From positions 90,479 to 154,478 of the forward strand of contig CAXNLN010000004.1 in the NCBI GenBank assembly GCA_964203375.1: 64,000 bases of DNA. Direction: 5' to 3'. A program made the position numbers and the translations under genes. This DNA is from Polynucleobacter sp. (GTDB taxonomy: Bacteria; Pseudomonadota; Gammaproteobacteria; Burkholderiales; Burkholderiaceae). Below the pieces are notes generated by a model that saw only the letters and a program-made list of their open reading frames with translations, was not told the DNA's origin and made no database searches. Every line of letters begins with the position of its first letter. The stretch's first letter is position 1. Below are positions 44,727 to 54,240 of this stretch, piece after piece.

Positions 44727-44984
44727 ATGAATATTCACTGGCCAATCCAGGACGCCAAAGCTCGATTTAGTCAATTACTGAAAGAATGCATGGATCACGG
44801 ACCACAAATTATTACTAAGCATGGGGCAGAAACTGCAGTATTGGTGCCCATTGACCAATGGCTCGCAATCAAGCAGGCGCATCAGCCCTCCCTCAAGGAT
44901 CTGTTGTTATCACCCCAAGCAAACGCTGAATTAGTCATTCCAAAACGCGGCACAAGTAAGCGAAGAAGGCCAAGGGCTATTTAA
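44727..44984 (+). CDS. Phd/YefM family antitoxin
   Basis: W..QDAKARFSQLL....GPQIITKHG...AVLV motif. Confidence 0.9.
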   Translation: MNIHWPIQDAKARFSQLLKECMDHGPQIITKHGAETAVLVPIDQWLAIKQAHQPSLKDLLLSPQANAELVIPKRGTSKRRRPRAI

Positions 44985-44988
44985 CTCC

Positions 44989-45396
44989 ATGTACCTTCTC
45001 GATACCAATGTCATTTCTGAGCTGCGCAAGCCCAAACCACACGGGGCTGTTTTAGCTTGGATCAAAACAATACCGTCATCCAATCTATTTGTTTCGGCTG
45101 TATCGATTGGAGAGATTCAAGCGGGTATAGAGTTAACTCGGGAACAGAATCAGCAAAAAGCTATAGAGCTAGAAACATGGCTCAATCAAATTATTGCCAC
45201 CAATCAAGTTCTTCCCTTAGATGCAATCCGATTTAAGATCTGGGCAAAAATAATGCATCGCCAATCTGATACGGTCAATGAAGATGCCATGATTGCTGCC
45301 ACTGCCATTCACGCAAAGCTGATTATCGTTACTCGAAATATCAAAGACTTCAAGCACTTTAATGTCAAGCTATTCAATCCTTTTGAGGTGCATTAG
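44989..45396 (+). CDS. vapC: VapC family PIN-domain toxin
   Basis: YLLDTNVISE, SIGEI, EDAMIAATA and VTRNIKDF: full PIN acidic set. Confidence 0.92.
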   Translation: MYLLDTNVISELRKPKPHGAVLAWIKTIPSSNLFVSAVSIGEIQAGIELTREQNQQKAIELETWLNQIIATNQVLPLDAIRFKIWAKIMHRQSDTVNEDAMIAATAIHAKLIIVTRNIKDFKHFNVKLFNPFEVH

Positions 45397-46513
45397 TTAC
45401 GCCACCCTCTTTTTGAGATGGCGAGCAATCGCAAGGCTTGAAGTTAATGCGGGTGATTCAAAGCCATAAAGGTTATAGAGTCCTTCGATATGATGCTCCT
45501 CTGGACCATCAATCCTGAAATCTCCAGCGGCTTGATCCTTCGACACAATCTTAGCCCTCACCCCTGAATAATCGGCTTGCAGTGCGCCATCTTTTAAGGT
45601 TCGGCCAGTATTGGCGGATAGCCTCATAAAAGCGCTCGCCTCGCTTAGGATCAACGGCGTAATTAATTTGCTCTTCCGATTTGATCTCTAACCACTCCAC
45701 ATCCGGGCCAAACTTTGCTTGACCTGCCATATCGAGGGTTAAGTGCACTCCCAAACCTCCGGGCTCCGGGATTGGGTAGATCAAATGCTGAAACGGAGAT
45801 CGACCAGAGAGTGAAAAATAATTGCCTTTCGCAAAATAAGCTTGTGGAATTGTTTCTGGAGACAAGCCCTCAATCTTTTTGGCAATGGCAGGAGCGCTCA
45901 TTCCAGCGCAATTAATTAAATATTTTGTTTGTAGGCGTATTGCATCCGCACCTCCTACTTCCAGTTCAAATCCACCTGCAATAACAGTCGCCCGAATCAG
46001 GGGTGATAAATAAGCAACCATGCCGCCTGCATCCTCAAATCCACCCAGAAGCGAAAGCATATAAGCATGACTATCAACAATGCCAGACGTCTTAGAAAGA
46101 ATGGCTGCCTCAACCCTAAGATCGGGCTCCAAAGTTTTTGCCTCTGTGCCAGAAATGATGCTGATCTCACGAGCCTCATTGAGTTGCGCCTTATAGAAAA
46201 GTCCCTCTAGGGCATCGATCTGCTTTTGGTCACTGGCAACAATTAATTTACCGTAACGTTGGGTGCCTACCTGATGGTCGCGACAATACTCATACAAAAG
46301 GCGATTACCCTCTACACAGAATTTGGCCTTCAGAGAATCTTTTGGGTAGTAAATGCCCGCATGGATCACCTCGCTATTTCTAGCGCTACTAATGGTTCCA
46401 AATGATGCCTCACGCTCCAAGATGATGGTCTCATGACCCTGCAACGCCATCTCTCGGGCGATTGCTAAGCCAACAACGCCTGCTCCAACCACGACACAAT
46501 CTAATCGTTCCAT
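45397..46513 (-). CDS. FAD-dependent oxidoreductase (L-2-hydroxyglutarate oxidase LhgO-like), with a +1 frameshift at 45592-45595
   Basis: VVGAGVVG, SARNSEVIHAGIYY and LGVHLT motifs. The C-terminus (ADYSGVRAK...GFESPALTSSLAIA) lies in the next frame. Confidence 0.85.
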
Positions 46514-46596
46514 ATTGATCTGTTGTTTATTAAGCCAAAATCGTAACACTTCAGACTTAAATAGGCTTTTAAGGGGCTTGTTGATAAAATCGACTC

Positions 46597-48105
46597 ATGT
46601 CTACTCAGTCCGGTCTTGGCGATCATCTCAACCCCTGCAACGCTGTTTTTGGTTCATTGCACGCGGCGGGCTTGACCCTTGATCTAGCCTATCAAGGAAT
46701 CGATCAAAAAGAATGGGGTCGCTTATTTGCAAAAGCGGATCAAATTGGTCTGCAGGGACAAATTAAGGATTTATTAACGGGAGGCCTCGTCAATACATCT
46801 GAACATCGTCCTGCTTTACATACCGCCCTTCGTAATCTCGATAAAAGTCCAGTACTTCATCTCGGACAGGATGTCATGCCAGCAATCGCAGATGTGTGGC
46901 AACGTATTGATGGTCTATGTAATAAATGGGTCGGTGTGACCGATTTAATTCATATTGGGATTGGTGGTTCCGATTTTGGTCCACGCCTTGCCGTTCAGGC
47001 CTTGGCTCACTCCACGAACAAAACAAATCGGGGTATGCGGGTTCATTTTGCTGCCAATATCGATAGTGCTGAACTAAGCCATATTTTGGAACGTGCCCAA
47101 GCGAATAGCACTAAGGTATTGATTGTGTCTAAATCCTTTAGCACCGCAGAAACCATGCTGAATGCAAAGACTATCATCAACTGGTTTAAAGCCAAAAATC
47201 TTACCTCGTCCCAAATTCAGAACTCTTTATTTGCAATTACCAGCAATACCAAGGCAGCAGAATCATTTGGTATTCAGAAGGAGAATATTTACCCATTTTG
47301 GGATTGGGTGGGTGGTCGCTTTTCAGTATGGTCTGCCGTTGGACTGCCGCTTGCCTTGCAATATGGCTTTGATATCTTCAAACAATTTTTGTCAGGCGCC
47401 AATGCCATGGATCAGCACTTTGCTAGTGCAGTGATCCATCAAAACCTACCCTGCTTACTGGCTCTTGCTCTTTTTTATCAACAAGGCAAACATCACTCTA
47501 AGTCCTATGCTGTAGTTCCTTATGCGCACGCCTTAGAACTTTTTCCATTCTGGCTGCAACAGTTAGACATGGAAAGTAATGGTAAGAGTGTTGATCGACA
47601 AGGTAATTTTGTTAAAGTCAGCTCTCCAACGGTATTCGGCAGTGCTGGTACCAATGCACAACATTCCTACTTTCAACTCCTACATCAAGGACCTGAGGTC
47701 ATTCCAGTGGATTTCATTGCCGTCAAAGCAGCAATGAGCACCCTGCCTGAGGCTCAGGAGCATCACAACGCCCTACTAGCGAACTGTCTGGCTCAAGCCC
47801 AAGCGCTAGCCCATGGCAAAGAGTCGACGGATCCAAATTTGAGTTACGCCGGTAAAAGGCCCAGTAATTTAATCATGCTGCCCAAGTTAGATGCTTATCA
47901 CTTGGGAGCACTACTGGCCCTCTATGAACATCGTGCATTTTGCTTGGGTGCGCTTTGGAACCTTAACTCCTTTGACCAGCCTGGGGTCGAACTTAGTAAA
48001 GTTTTAGCACGGCCCATTGAAGATGCATTAAAAAGTGATGCGCCATTTAATAGCGATGCCTTTGATGGTGTTACCGCTAGCCGAATTGAGTTTCTGAAAA
48101 AGTAA
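46597..48105 (+). CDS. pgi: Glucose-6-phosphate isomerase
   Basis: IGIGGSDFGP, SKSFST, WVGGRFSVWS, QQLDMESNGK and SFDQPGVELSK motifs. Confidence 0.95.
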   Translation: MSTQSGLGDHLNPCNAVFGSLHAAGLTLDLAYQGIDQKEWGRLFAKADQIGLQGQIKDLLTGGLVNTSEHRPALHTALRNLDKSPVLHLGQDVMPAIADVWQRIDGLCNKWVGVTDLIHIGIGGSDFGPRLAVQALAHSTNKTNRGMRVHFAANIDSAELSHILERAQANSTKVLIVSKSFSTAETMLNAKTIINWFKAKNLTSSQIQNSLFAITSNTKAAESFGIQKENIYPFWDWVGGRFSVWSAVGLPLALQYGFDIFKQFLSGANAMDQHFASAVIHQNLPCLLALALFYQQGKHHSKSYAVVPYAHALELFPFWLQQLDMESNGKSVDRQGNFVKVSSPTVFGSAGTNAQHSYFQLLHQGPEVIPVDFIAVKAAMSTLPEAQEHHNALLANCLAQAQALAHGKESTDPNLSYAGKRPSNLIMLPKLDAYHLGALLALYEHRAFCLGALWNLNSFDQPGVELSKVLARPIEDALKSDAPFNSDAFDGVTASRIEFLKK

Positions 48106-48109
48106 ATCT

Positions 48110-49495
48110 ATGAATGTCCCTGCCTCTATCTTTAAAGCCTACGATATCCGCGGCATTATTAATGAAACTCTAAATCCTGAAATTGCTTACGCTATTGGTC
48201 AAGCATTTGGTAGTCAAATGCGTGACCTTGGTGAGACCGAGGTAGTGATTGGGCGCGATGGTCGTCTCTCTGGCCCTCAACTCATCGAAGCCTTAAGCAA
48301 TGGCCTTCTCTCAACGGGTATCAATGTGATTGATTTAGGGATGGTAGCTACCCCCATGGTTTACTTTGCTGCTAACCAAACTTTAGGTAGCATCCAGCCC
48401 AAATCCGGAATCATGATTACGGGTAGTCACAATCCCCCGAACTACAACGGGTTCAAAATGGTTCTGGGTGGTGCGGCCATTTATGGTGAACAGATTCAGA
48501 GTTTGCGCAAACAAATTGAGGGTGAGCATTTTCATCAGGGGACTGGTCAGCGCTCCACCTTTAATATTTTCCCCCAGTACCTTAAATACATTGTGGGTGA
48601 TGTTCGCCTTGCTAGACCCATGAAGATTGCAGTCGATTGCGGCAATGGTGTGGGTGGCGCTTTTGCAGGAGAGCTGTTCAGAGCGCTAGGCTGCGATGTT
48701 CAGGAACTCTTTTGTGAAGTTGATGGCAATTTCCCCAATCATCATCCTGATCCAGCCCATCTTGAGAATCTGCAAGACCTGATCCGCAATCTCGCTAGCA
48801 CGGATAATGAGTTGGGCTTAGCCTTTGATGGGGACGCGGATCGTTTAGGTGTGGTGACCAAAGATGGCCAAGTGATCTTCCCAGATCGACAAATGATGTT
48901 GTTTGCCAAAGATGTTCTAACCCGCCACCCCAATGGGCAAATTATTTATGACGTTAAGTGCACTCGTAATCTAGCTCCTTGGATCGAGCAACACGGTGGT
49001 CAAGCGCTGATGTGGAAAACAGGTCACTCCCTAGTGAAGGCTAAGCTCAAGGAGACTGGCGCACCTCTAGCAGGTGAAATGAGTGGGCATATATTCTTTA
49101 AGGATCGATGGTTTGGCTTTGATGATGGGCTTTATACCGGCGCTCGTCTACTAGAGATCCTTAGTAAAGTGGCCAACCCTAGCGAAGTACTAAATGCCTT
49201 ACCTAATGCAATTTGTACCCCTGAACTACAACTACCCTGCGCTGAAGGCGAGGCCTTCATCCTACTTGATAAGATAAAAGCGAATCCGCAGTTCCCAAGC
49301 TCTCAGTCCATCAATACCATTGATGGTGTTCGGGTGGAATATGCCGATGGCTTTGGTTTAGCGAGACCGTCGAATACCACTCCGATTGTGGTCTTACGTT
49401 TTGAGGCAGATTCCGAAGAAGCAATTCAGCGAATCCAGGGGGAATTTAAGAGAGCCCTATTGGCTGTGAAGCCTGATGCCAAACTACCGTTCTAA
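48110..49495 (+). CDS. Phosphomannomutase/phosphoglucomutase (AlgC-like)
   Basis: TGSHNP, FDGDADR and GEMSGH motifs. Confidence 0.93.
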   Translation: MNVPASIFKAYDIRGIINETLNPEIAYAIGQAFGSQMRDLGETEVVIGRDGRLSGPQLIEALSNGLLSTGINVIDLGMVATPMVYFAANQTLGSIQPKSGIMITGSHNPPNYNGFKMVLGGAAIYGEQIQSLRKQIEGEHFHQGTGQRSTFNIFPQYLKYIVGDVRLARPMKIAVDCGNGVGGAFAGELFRALGCDVQELFCEVDGNFPNHHPDPAHLENLQDLIRNLASTDNELGLAFDGDADRLGVVTKDGQVIFPDRQMMLFAKDVLTRHPNGQIIYDVKCTRNLAPWIEQHGGQALMWKTGHSLVKAKLKETGAPLAGEMSGHIFFKDRWFGFDDGLYTGARLLEILSKVANPSEVLNALPNAICTPELQLPCAEGEAFILLDKIKANPQFPSSQSINTIDGVRVEYADGFGLARPSNTTPIVVLRFEADSEEAIQRIQGEFKRALLAVKPDAKLPF

Positions 49496-49557
49496 GCGCA
49501 GGGTTTAAATACCAAGTTTTATTGATTTATTGATATTTTTTGTTAAATATGACAATA

Positions 49558-49596
49558 TATGCGCATAAATTATAGGGGTAATGAATCCCTATAATT
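49558..49596. promoter_or_regulatory. Candidate ccdAB operator: TATGCGCATA palindrome plus AATTATAGGG-N9-CCCTATAATT inverted repeat
   Basis: Both elements read directly from the sequence, ending 5 nt before the ccdA ATG. Confidence 0.6.
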
Positions 49597-49601
49597 ATTG
49601 A

Positions 49602-49853
49602 ATGATCATTACCCCATATCTTCGACCCTTGACCTTGAAAAAACCGATCAACCTAACAATAAGTACTGAGGTGCTTGATGAGGCAAAGCGCCTAGGCATC
49701 AATATCTCCAAGGTTTGTGATGCCTTTTTGACAGATTTAGTTAAGCAGGAAAAAGCTCGTCGTTGGCAAAGTGAGAATCAGCGCTTTATTTCCGTCTATA
49801 ACAAAATGGTTGAGGAAGAAGGTTTGCCGCTTGACGAATGGAGATCGTTCTAA
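49602..49853 (+). CDS. ccdA: CcdA family antitoxin
   Basis: KKPINLTI....LDEAKRLGINISK...RRWQSEN...YN..VEEEGLPLDEWRSF. Confidence 0.9.
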   Translation: MIITPYLRPLTLKKPINLTISTEVLDEAKRLGINISKVCDAFLTDLVKQEKARRWQSENQRFISVYNKMVEEEGLPLDEWRSF

Positions 49854-50170
49854 TGGCGCGGTTTCATGTCTATGAAAATGGAAGTCAAAACGCTTTAAGC
49901 ACACCTTTCTTAATGGATGTGCAAGCAGATCTTCTGAGCGATTTAGAAACGAGGGTTGTTATCCCCTTAAGAGCCGCAAACTCCTATGAAATAAAAAAGC
50001 TTCCTAAAGATTTAATGCCGCTATTTTCTATCGCTGGAAATGAATACGTTCTAGAAACTCCAAAGATGGCAGCTGTTCCAGTAAGAATCTTAAAAAAAAT
50101 GGTTGCAAACCTCAAGCCTGAGCAAAATAAAGTTATTACCGCAATCGACCGGCTATTTCATGGCTTCTAG
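49853..50170 (+). CDS. ccdB: CcdB family toxin
   Basis: MARFHVYEN, DVQADLLSDLETRVVIPL, AIDRLFHGF; TAATG overlap with ccdA. Confidence 0.9.
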   Translation: MARFHVYENGSQNALSTPFLMDVQADLLSDLETRVVIPLRAANSYEIKKLPKDLMPLFSIAGNEYVLETPKMAAVPVRILKKMVANLKPEQNKVITAIDRLFHGF

Positions 50171-50189
50171 ACTGCCAGTAAGCGAGCTA

Positions 50190-50552
50190 TTAAGTATTCT
50201 TAACCTGTTTGATGCGATTGTGATCATCCACCAAGATGATCTTGGGTGAGTGTGACTTTGATTGGTCATCATCGACAGGCCCATAGGTACAAATAATCAA
50301 GTGGTCACCCACATGCGCCTTACGCGCAGCCGCTCCGTTTAAGGAAATTGCCCCAGAGCCACGTTTTGCCTTGATGATGTAGGTTGAAAAACGCTCGCCA
50401 TTATTAATGTTGTAGAGCTCAATCTTTTCATATTCCCGCATGTCAGCCGCGTCCATCAGATCTTCATCAATCCCACAGGATCCCTCGTAATGCAGATCGG
50501 CTTCGGTCACCACTACCCGATGAAGTTTAGCCAAGAGCATGATGCGTTTCAT
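50190..50552 (-). CDS. panD: Aspartate 1-decarboxylase
   Basis: KLHR.VVT.ADLHYEGSCGID (G-S cleavage site) and LNGAAAR motifs. Confidence 0.96.
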   Translation of the reverse strand: MKRIMLLAKLHRVVVTEADLHYEGSCGIDEDLMDAADMREYEKIELYNINNGERFSTYIIKAKRGSGAISLNGAAARKAHVGDHLIICTYGPVDDDQSKSHSPKIILVDDHNRIKQVKNT

Positions 50553-50612
50553 ATAAATCCCCTATAAGGGCACAATTTTATCCCTAAAGCAATTGCAGGT
50601 TAAGATTTCGGG

Positions 50613-51749
50613 ATGACTGAAGTAATTGATCACAAAAACCCTGGTGCGTTCTTTGACTATCCACAGCAAGATGCTTCTGGAACAACCTGTATCGCTCAAG
50701 CATGGGCAAAAACACCTGCCCCTCTCTTGCCCGATGAGAAAGAAGCTACGATTGGTCGAATTAAGCAATTACTTCGCTCCAAGAATGCGGCGATTGTTGC
50801 GCATTATTACGTCGATGGTGATATTCAAGATCTAGCGCATGAAACTGGCGGCTTTGTTTCTGACTCTTTGGAGATGGCGCGCTTTGGCAAAAAGCATCCT
50901 GCCCAAAACCTGATTGTTGCTGGTGTCCGTTTTATGGGTGAAACTGCAAAAATTCTGAGTCCTGAAAAACGGGTGTTTATGCCTGACCTAGAGGCAACGT
51001 GCTCGCTTGATCTGGGATGTCCAGCAGAAGACTTTCGTCAGTTTAGAGAAGCACATCCAGATCGAACAACGGTAGTCTACGCCAATACCAGTGCAGCTGT
51101 TAAAGCGCAGGCCGACTGGATGGTTACCAGCTCATGTGCGCTTGCAATTGCGCATCACTTAGATCAGCAAGGTAAAACAATTTTGTGGGCTCCAGATCGC
51201 CATCTGGGTCGTTATATCCAAGAGCAAACCGGAGCCGATATGCTGCTCTGGAATGGAGCGTGCATTGTGCACGATGAGTTCAAAGCCACTGAGTTAGCTG
51301 CGATGCGTAAGAAGCATCCAAATGCCCTGGTCCTAGTTCATCCTGAGTCTCCTCAACACGTGGTCGATCAAGCGGATGTTGTAGGCTCAACCTCTGCCAT
51401 GATTAAAGCCGTAGTTGATGGTAAGGCAAATGAATTTATTGTTGCTACTGATCAGGGTATTTTGCATCGGATGCGCCAACTGGCCCCTGGTAAAAAATTA
51501 ATCGCTGCGCCCACGGCTGGCGAAAGTGCCACGTGTAAGAGTTGTGCTAATTGCCCGTGGATGGCCATGAATGGGCTCCGCGGAATATTGGATTGCCTTG
51601 AAAAACAAACTGGTGAGATTTTGATCGAAGAAACTATACGGACAAAAGCCTTAGGGTGCATTGAACGAATGCTTAGCTTTACCAGTGCCCACCCCGAGCT
51701 TTTGGCAAAAGCACAGCACGGCTTTATAAAAAATATTGGTGCTGCTTAG
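50613..51749 (+). CDS. nadA: Quinolinate synthase
   Basis: AHYY, ATCSL, VYANTSA, CIVH, VHPE and CPWMAMN motifs. Confidence 0.96.
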   Translation: MTEVIDHKNPGAFFDYPQQDASGTTCIAQAWAKTPAPLLPDEKEATIGRIKQLLRSKNAAIVAHYYVDGDIQDLAHETGGFVSDSLEMARFGKKHPAQNLIVAGVRFMGETAKILSPEKRVFMPDLEATCSLDLGCPAEDFRQFREAHPDRTTVVYANTSAAVKAQADWMVTSSCALAIAHHLDQQGKTILWAPDRHLGRYIQEQTGADMLLWNGACIVHDEFKATELAAMRKKHPNALVLVHPESPQHVVDQADVVGSTSAMIKAVVDGKANEFIVATDQGILHRMRQLAPGKKLIAAPTAGESATCKSCANCPWMAMNGLRGILDCLEKQTGEILIEETIRTKALGCIERMLSFTSAHPELLAKAQHGFIKNIGAA

Positions 51750-51760
51750 TTTTTCCCTTT

Positions 51761-52627
51761 ATGTTTGAGCAAAACGAATCCCTTTCTCAAGCGATTACTC
51801 GCAATGTGCGTGATGCTTTAACAGAGGATCTTGGTACGGGAGACTGGACTGCTCAGTTAGTTCCTGCAAATCGACGAGCGCATGCCAAATTAATTGTTCG
51901 CCAAGAGGCTGTCTTGTGTGGCATTGCTTGGTTTGAGGCTGTTTTTCTGGCTTTAGATTCAAGCGCAGTGATTCGCTGGCTTCATCAGGAAGGCGAATGG
52001 ATGCAAGCCAATACGACGGTTTGTGAAATTGATGCGAATGCGCGTGCCCTACTGAGTGCGGAGCGCCCTGCCATGAACTTTTTACAAACCCTTTCTTTTA
52101 CAGCTACCATTACTCGTCAATATGTTGATGCGAGTGCTGGAGCCAGTCCCAACCCAAAGGGGTGTGCCATATTAGATACCCGAAAAACACTACCAGGTCT
52201 TCGTCAGGCTCAAAAATACGCGGTCCGAGTTGGTCATGGCCAGAATCAACGCATGGCTCTTTGGGATGGAATATTAATTAAAGAGAATCACATCGCTGCT
52301 GCCGGCAGTATTACGGCTGCTTTAAAAGCTGCAGATGCCTTACATGCTGGAGTAGAAGTTCAGATTGAGGTTGAAAGTATCGCCGAGTTAGAAGAGGCCC
52401 TGTCGGCTGGGGCTACGAGTATCTTAATTGATAACTTCTCTCTAGAACAAATGCGCCAAGCGGTCAAAATGAATGCGGGTCGCGCACAACTAGAGGCCTC
52501 CGGAGGAGTAAGTATCGATCAAATCAAAGCAATCGCTTCAACCGGGGTCGATCGTATTTCAATTGGTAAACTAACAAAAGACATTCAGGCGATCGATTAC
52601 TCCATGCGAATCGATCCGCTCAGTTAG
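51761..52627 (+). CDS. nadC: Nicotinate-nucleotide pyrophosphorylase (carboxylating)
   Basis: [22 protein letters not shown] and EASGG motifs. Confidence 0.96.
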   Translation: MFEQNESLSQAITRNVRDALTEDLGTGDWTAQLVPANRRAHAKLIVRQEAVLCGIAWFEAVFLALDSSAVIRWLHQEGEWMQANTTVCEIDANARALLSAERPAMNFLQTLSFTATITRQYVDASAGASPNPKGCAILDTRKTLPGLRQAQKYAVRVGHGQNQRMALWDGILIKENHIAAAGSITAALKAADALHAGVEVQIEVESIAELEEALSAGATSILIDNFSLEQMRQAVKMNAGRAQLEASGGVSIDQIKAIASTGVDRISIGKLTKDIQAIDYSMRIDPLS

Positions 52628-54240
52628 GTTCCTTGCGTTTGAATTGGAGTCAAAATAGTTGGGTAAGAGACCGGCCATGTCTTTGGATAATCGCGGCTGT
52701 AATGCAAACCCCGACTCTCTTTGCGCATCAGCGCAGAGCGCACAATGAGCTCTGCACATTCTAGAAGATTACGTAACTCGATCAAATCGCGTGTTACTCT
52801 AAAGTTAGCGTAGTAATCCTGAACCTCGGTACGCAGGAGCTCAATCCGATGAAGCGCTCGCTCTAGCCTGCGAGTGGTACGTACAATACCAACATAGTTC
52901 CACATTAAAGAACGTAACTCATCCCAGTTGTGAGCAATAACAACCTGTTCATCAGCGTCCTCCACCTTACTCTCGTCCCAAAGTTTAATAGCAGGCAAAT
53001 CAATATTGGCCTGATTAGCAATATCCTGAGCAGCTGCCTTACCAATCACGACACACTCCAACAAGGAGTTGGAGGCTAGACGATTTGCTCCGTGAAGTCC
53101 CGTATAGGTCGCCTCACCCACTGCATACAATCCTGTGAGATCGGTTCTACCTTTGAGGTCTGTAACCACGCCGCCACAGGTGTAATGTGCCGCTGGCACT
53201 ACAGGAATTGGCTCTTTTGTAATATCGATCCCCAACGACAAGCAGCGGGAATAAATCATGGGGAAGTGCTCTTTAATAAAGGCTTCACCTAAATGAGTTG
53301 CATCCAAATGGACGTAATCTAGACCATGTTTTTTCATTTCAAAGTCTATGGCGCGGGCCACAATATCCCGTGGAGCTAACTCCTTACGCCCATCGTGCTC
53401 CGACATAAAAGACTCTCCATTGGGAAGCTTCAATAAGCCGCCCTCGCCACGAATTGCCTCGGTAATTAAAAAGGTTCGGTCTCTGGGGTGATACAAACAC
53501 GTTGGATGAAACTGAATAAACTCCATATTGCCAATCCGACAGCCGGCGCGCCAGGCCATCGCAATACCGTCTCCGGTCGCCGTATCAGGATTACTGGTAT
53601 AGCGATAGACCTTCCCCAAACCCCCGGTAGCCAAGACGACGGCTTTGGCCAAGATAGTCTCAACACGATTATTTTCTATATCAAGTGCATAGGCACCGTA
53701 GCAGCGATTCGATTTGTATTTAGTGACGGTTTGTAAATGTTTATTCGTAATGAGATCCAGCGCAATCCAGTTCTCTAAGATCTTGATATTAGGATGGGCT
53801 TGCGCTTTATCCAATAGAACATCATGGATAGCTTTACCGGTCGCATCGGCCGCATGTGCAATACGTCGATGCGTATGCCCACCCTCTCGCGTTAGGTGCA
53901 AGCCCTCGGGGCCAGAGACATCGGGAGTAAATGGCACCCCTTGATCCACTAACCAATGAATTGCTTCAGCACTGTTCTCAGCCACATAGCGAGAAACGGA
54001 CTCCACCACCAATCCTGCCCCCGCTGTAACGGTATCAGCCACATGAGAATCAATACTATCGTCTTGATCCAGTACACCGACGATACCGCCTTGAGCCCAC
54101 GCAGTAGCGGCTTCATTTAAACGGCGTTTGGCCATCAAAATGACGGGCTGACGATCCGCAATATGCAGGGCGACTGTAAGGCCGGCTAAACCGGCTCCGA
54201 TAATTAAAACAGGATGATTTTGGTCATGCTCTGCGCTCAT
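52624..54240 (-). CDS. nadB: L-aspartate oxidase
   Basis: [38 protein letters not shown] and ESRGLHY motifs. Confidence 0.96.
   Translation of the reverse strand: MSAEHDQNHPVLIIGAGLAGLTVALHIADRQPVILMAKRRLNEAATAWAQGGIVGVLDQDDSIDSHVADTVTAGAGLVVESVSRYVAENSAEAIHWLVDQGVPFTPDVSGPEGLHLTREGGHTHRRIAHAADATGKAIHDVLLDKAQAHPNIKILENWIALDLITNKHLQTVTKYKSNRCYGAYALDIENNRVETILAKAVVLATGGLGKVYRYTSNPDTATGDGIAMAWRAGCRIGNMEFIQFHPTCLYHPRDRTFLITEAIRGEGGLLKLPNGESFMSEHDGRKELAPRDIVARAIDFEMKKHGLDYVHLDATHLGEAFIKEHFPMIYSRCLSLGIDITKEPIPVVPAAHYTCGGVVTDLKGRTDLTGLYAVGEATYTGLHGANRLASNSLLECVVIGKAAAQDIANQANIDLPAIKLWDESKVEDADEQVVIAHNWDELRSLMWNYVGIVRTTRRLERALHRIELLRTEVQDYYANFRVTRDLIELRNLLECAELIVRSALMRKESRGLHYSRDYPKTWPVSYPTILTPIQTQGT

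Noticed and set aside
49536-49585. dif/pdif-like pieces near ccdAB (TTTGTTAAAT and GCGCATAA)
   Set aside because: The arms are in the wrong order and spacing for an XerC/XerD site, and there is no second site after ccdB.
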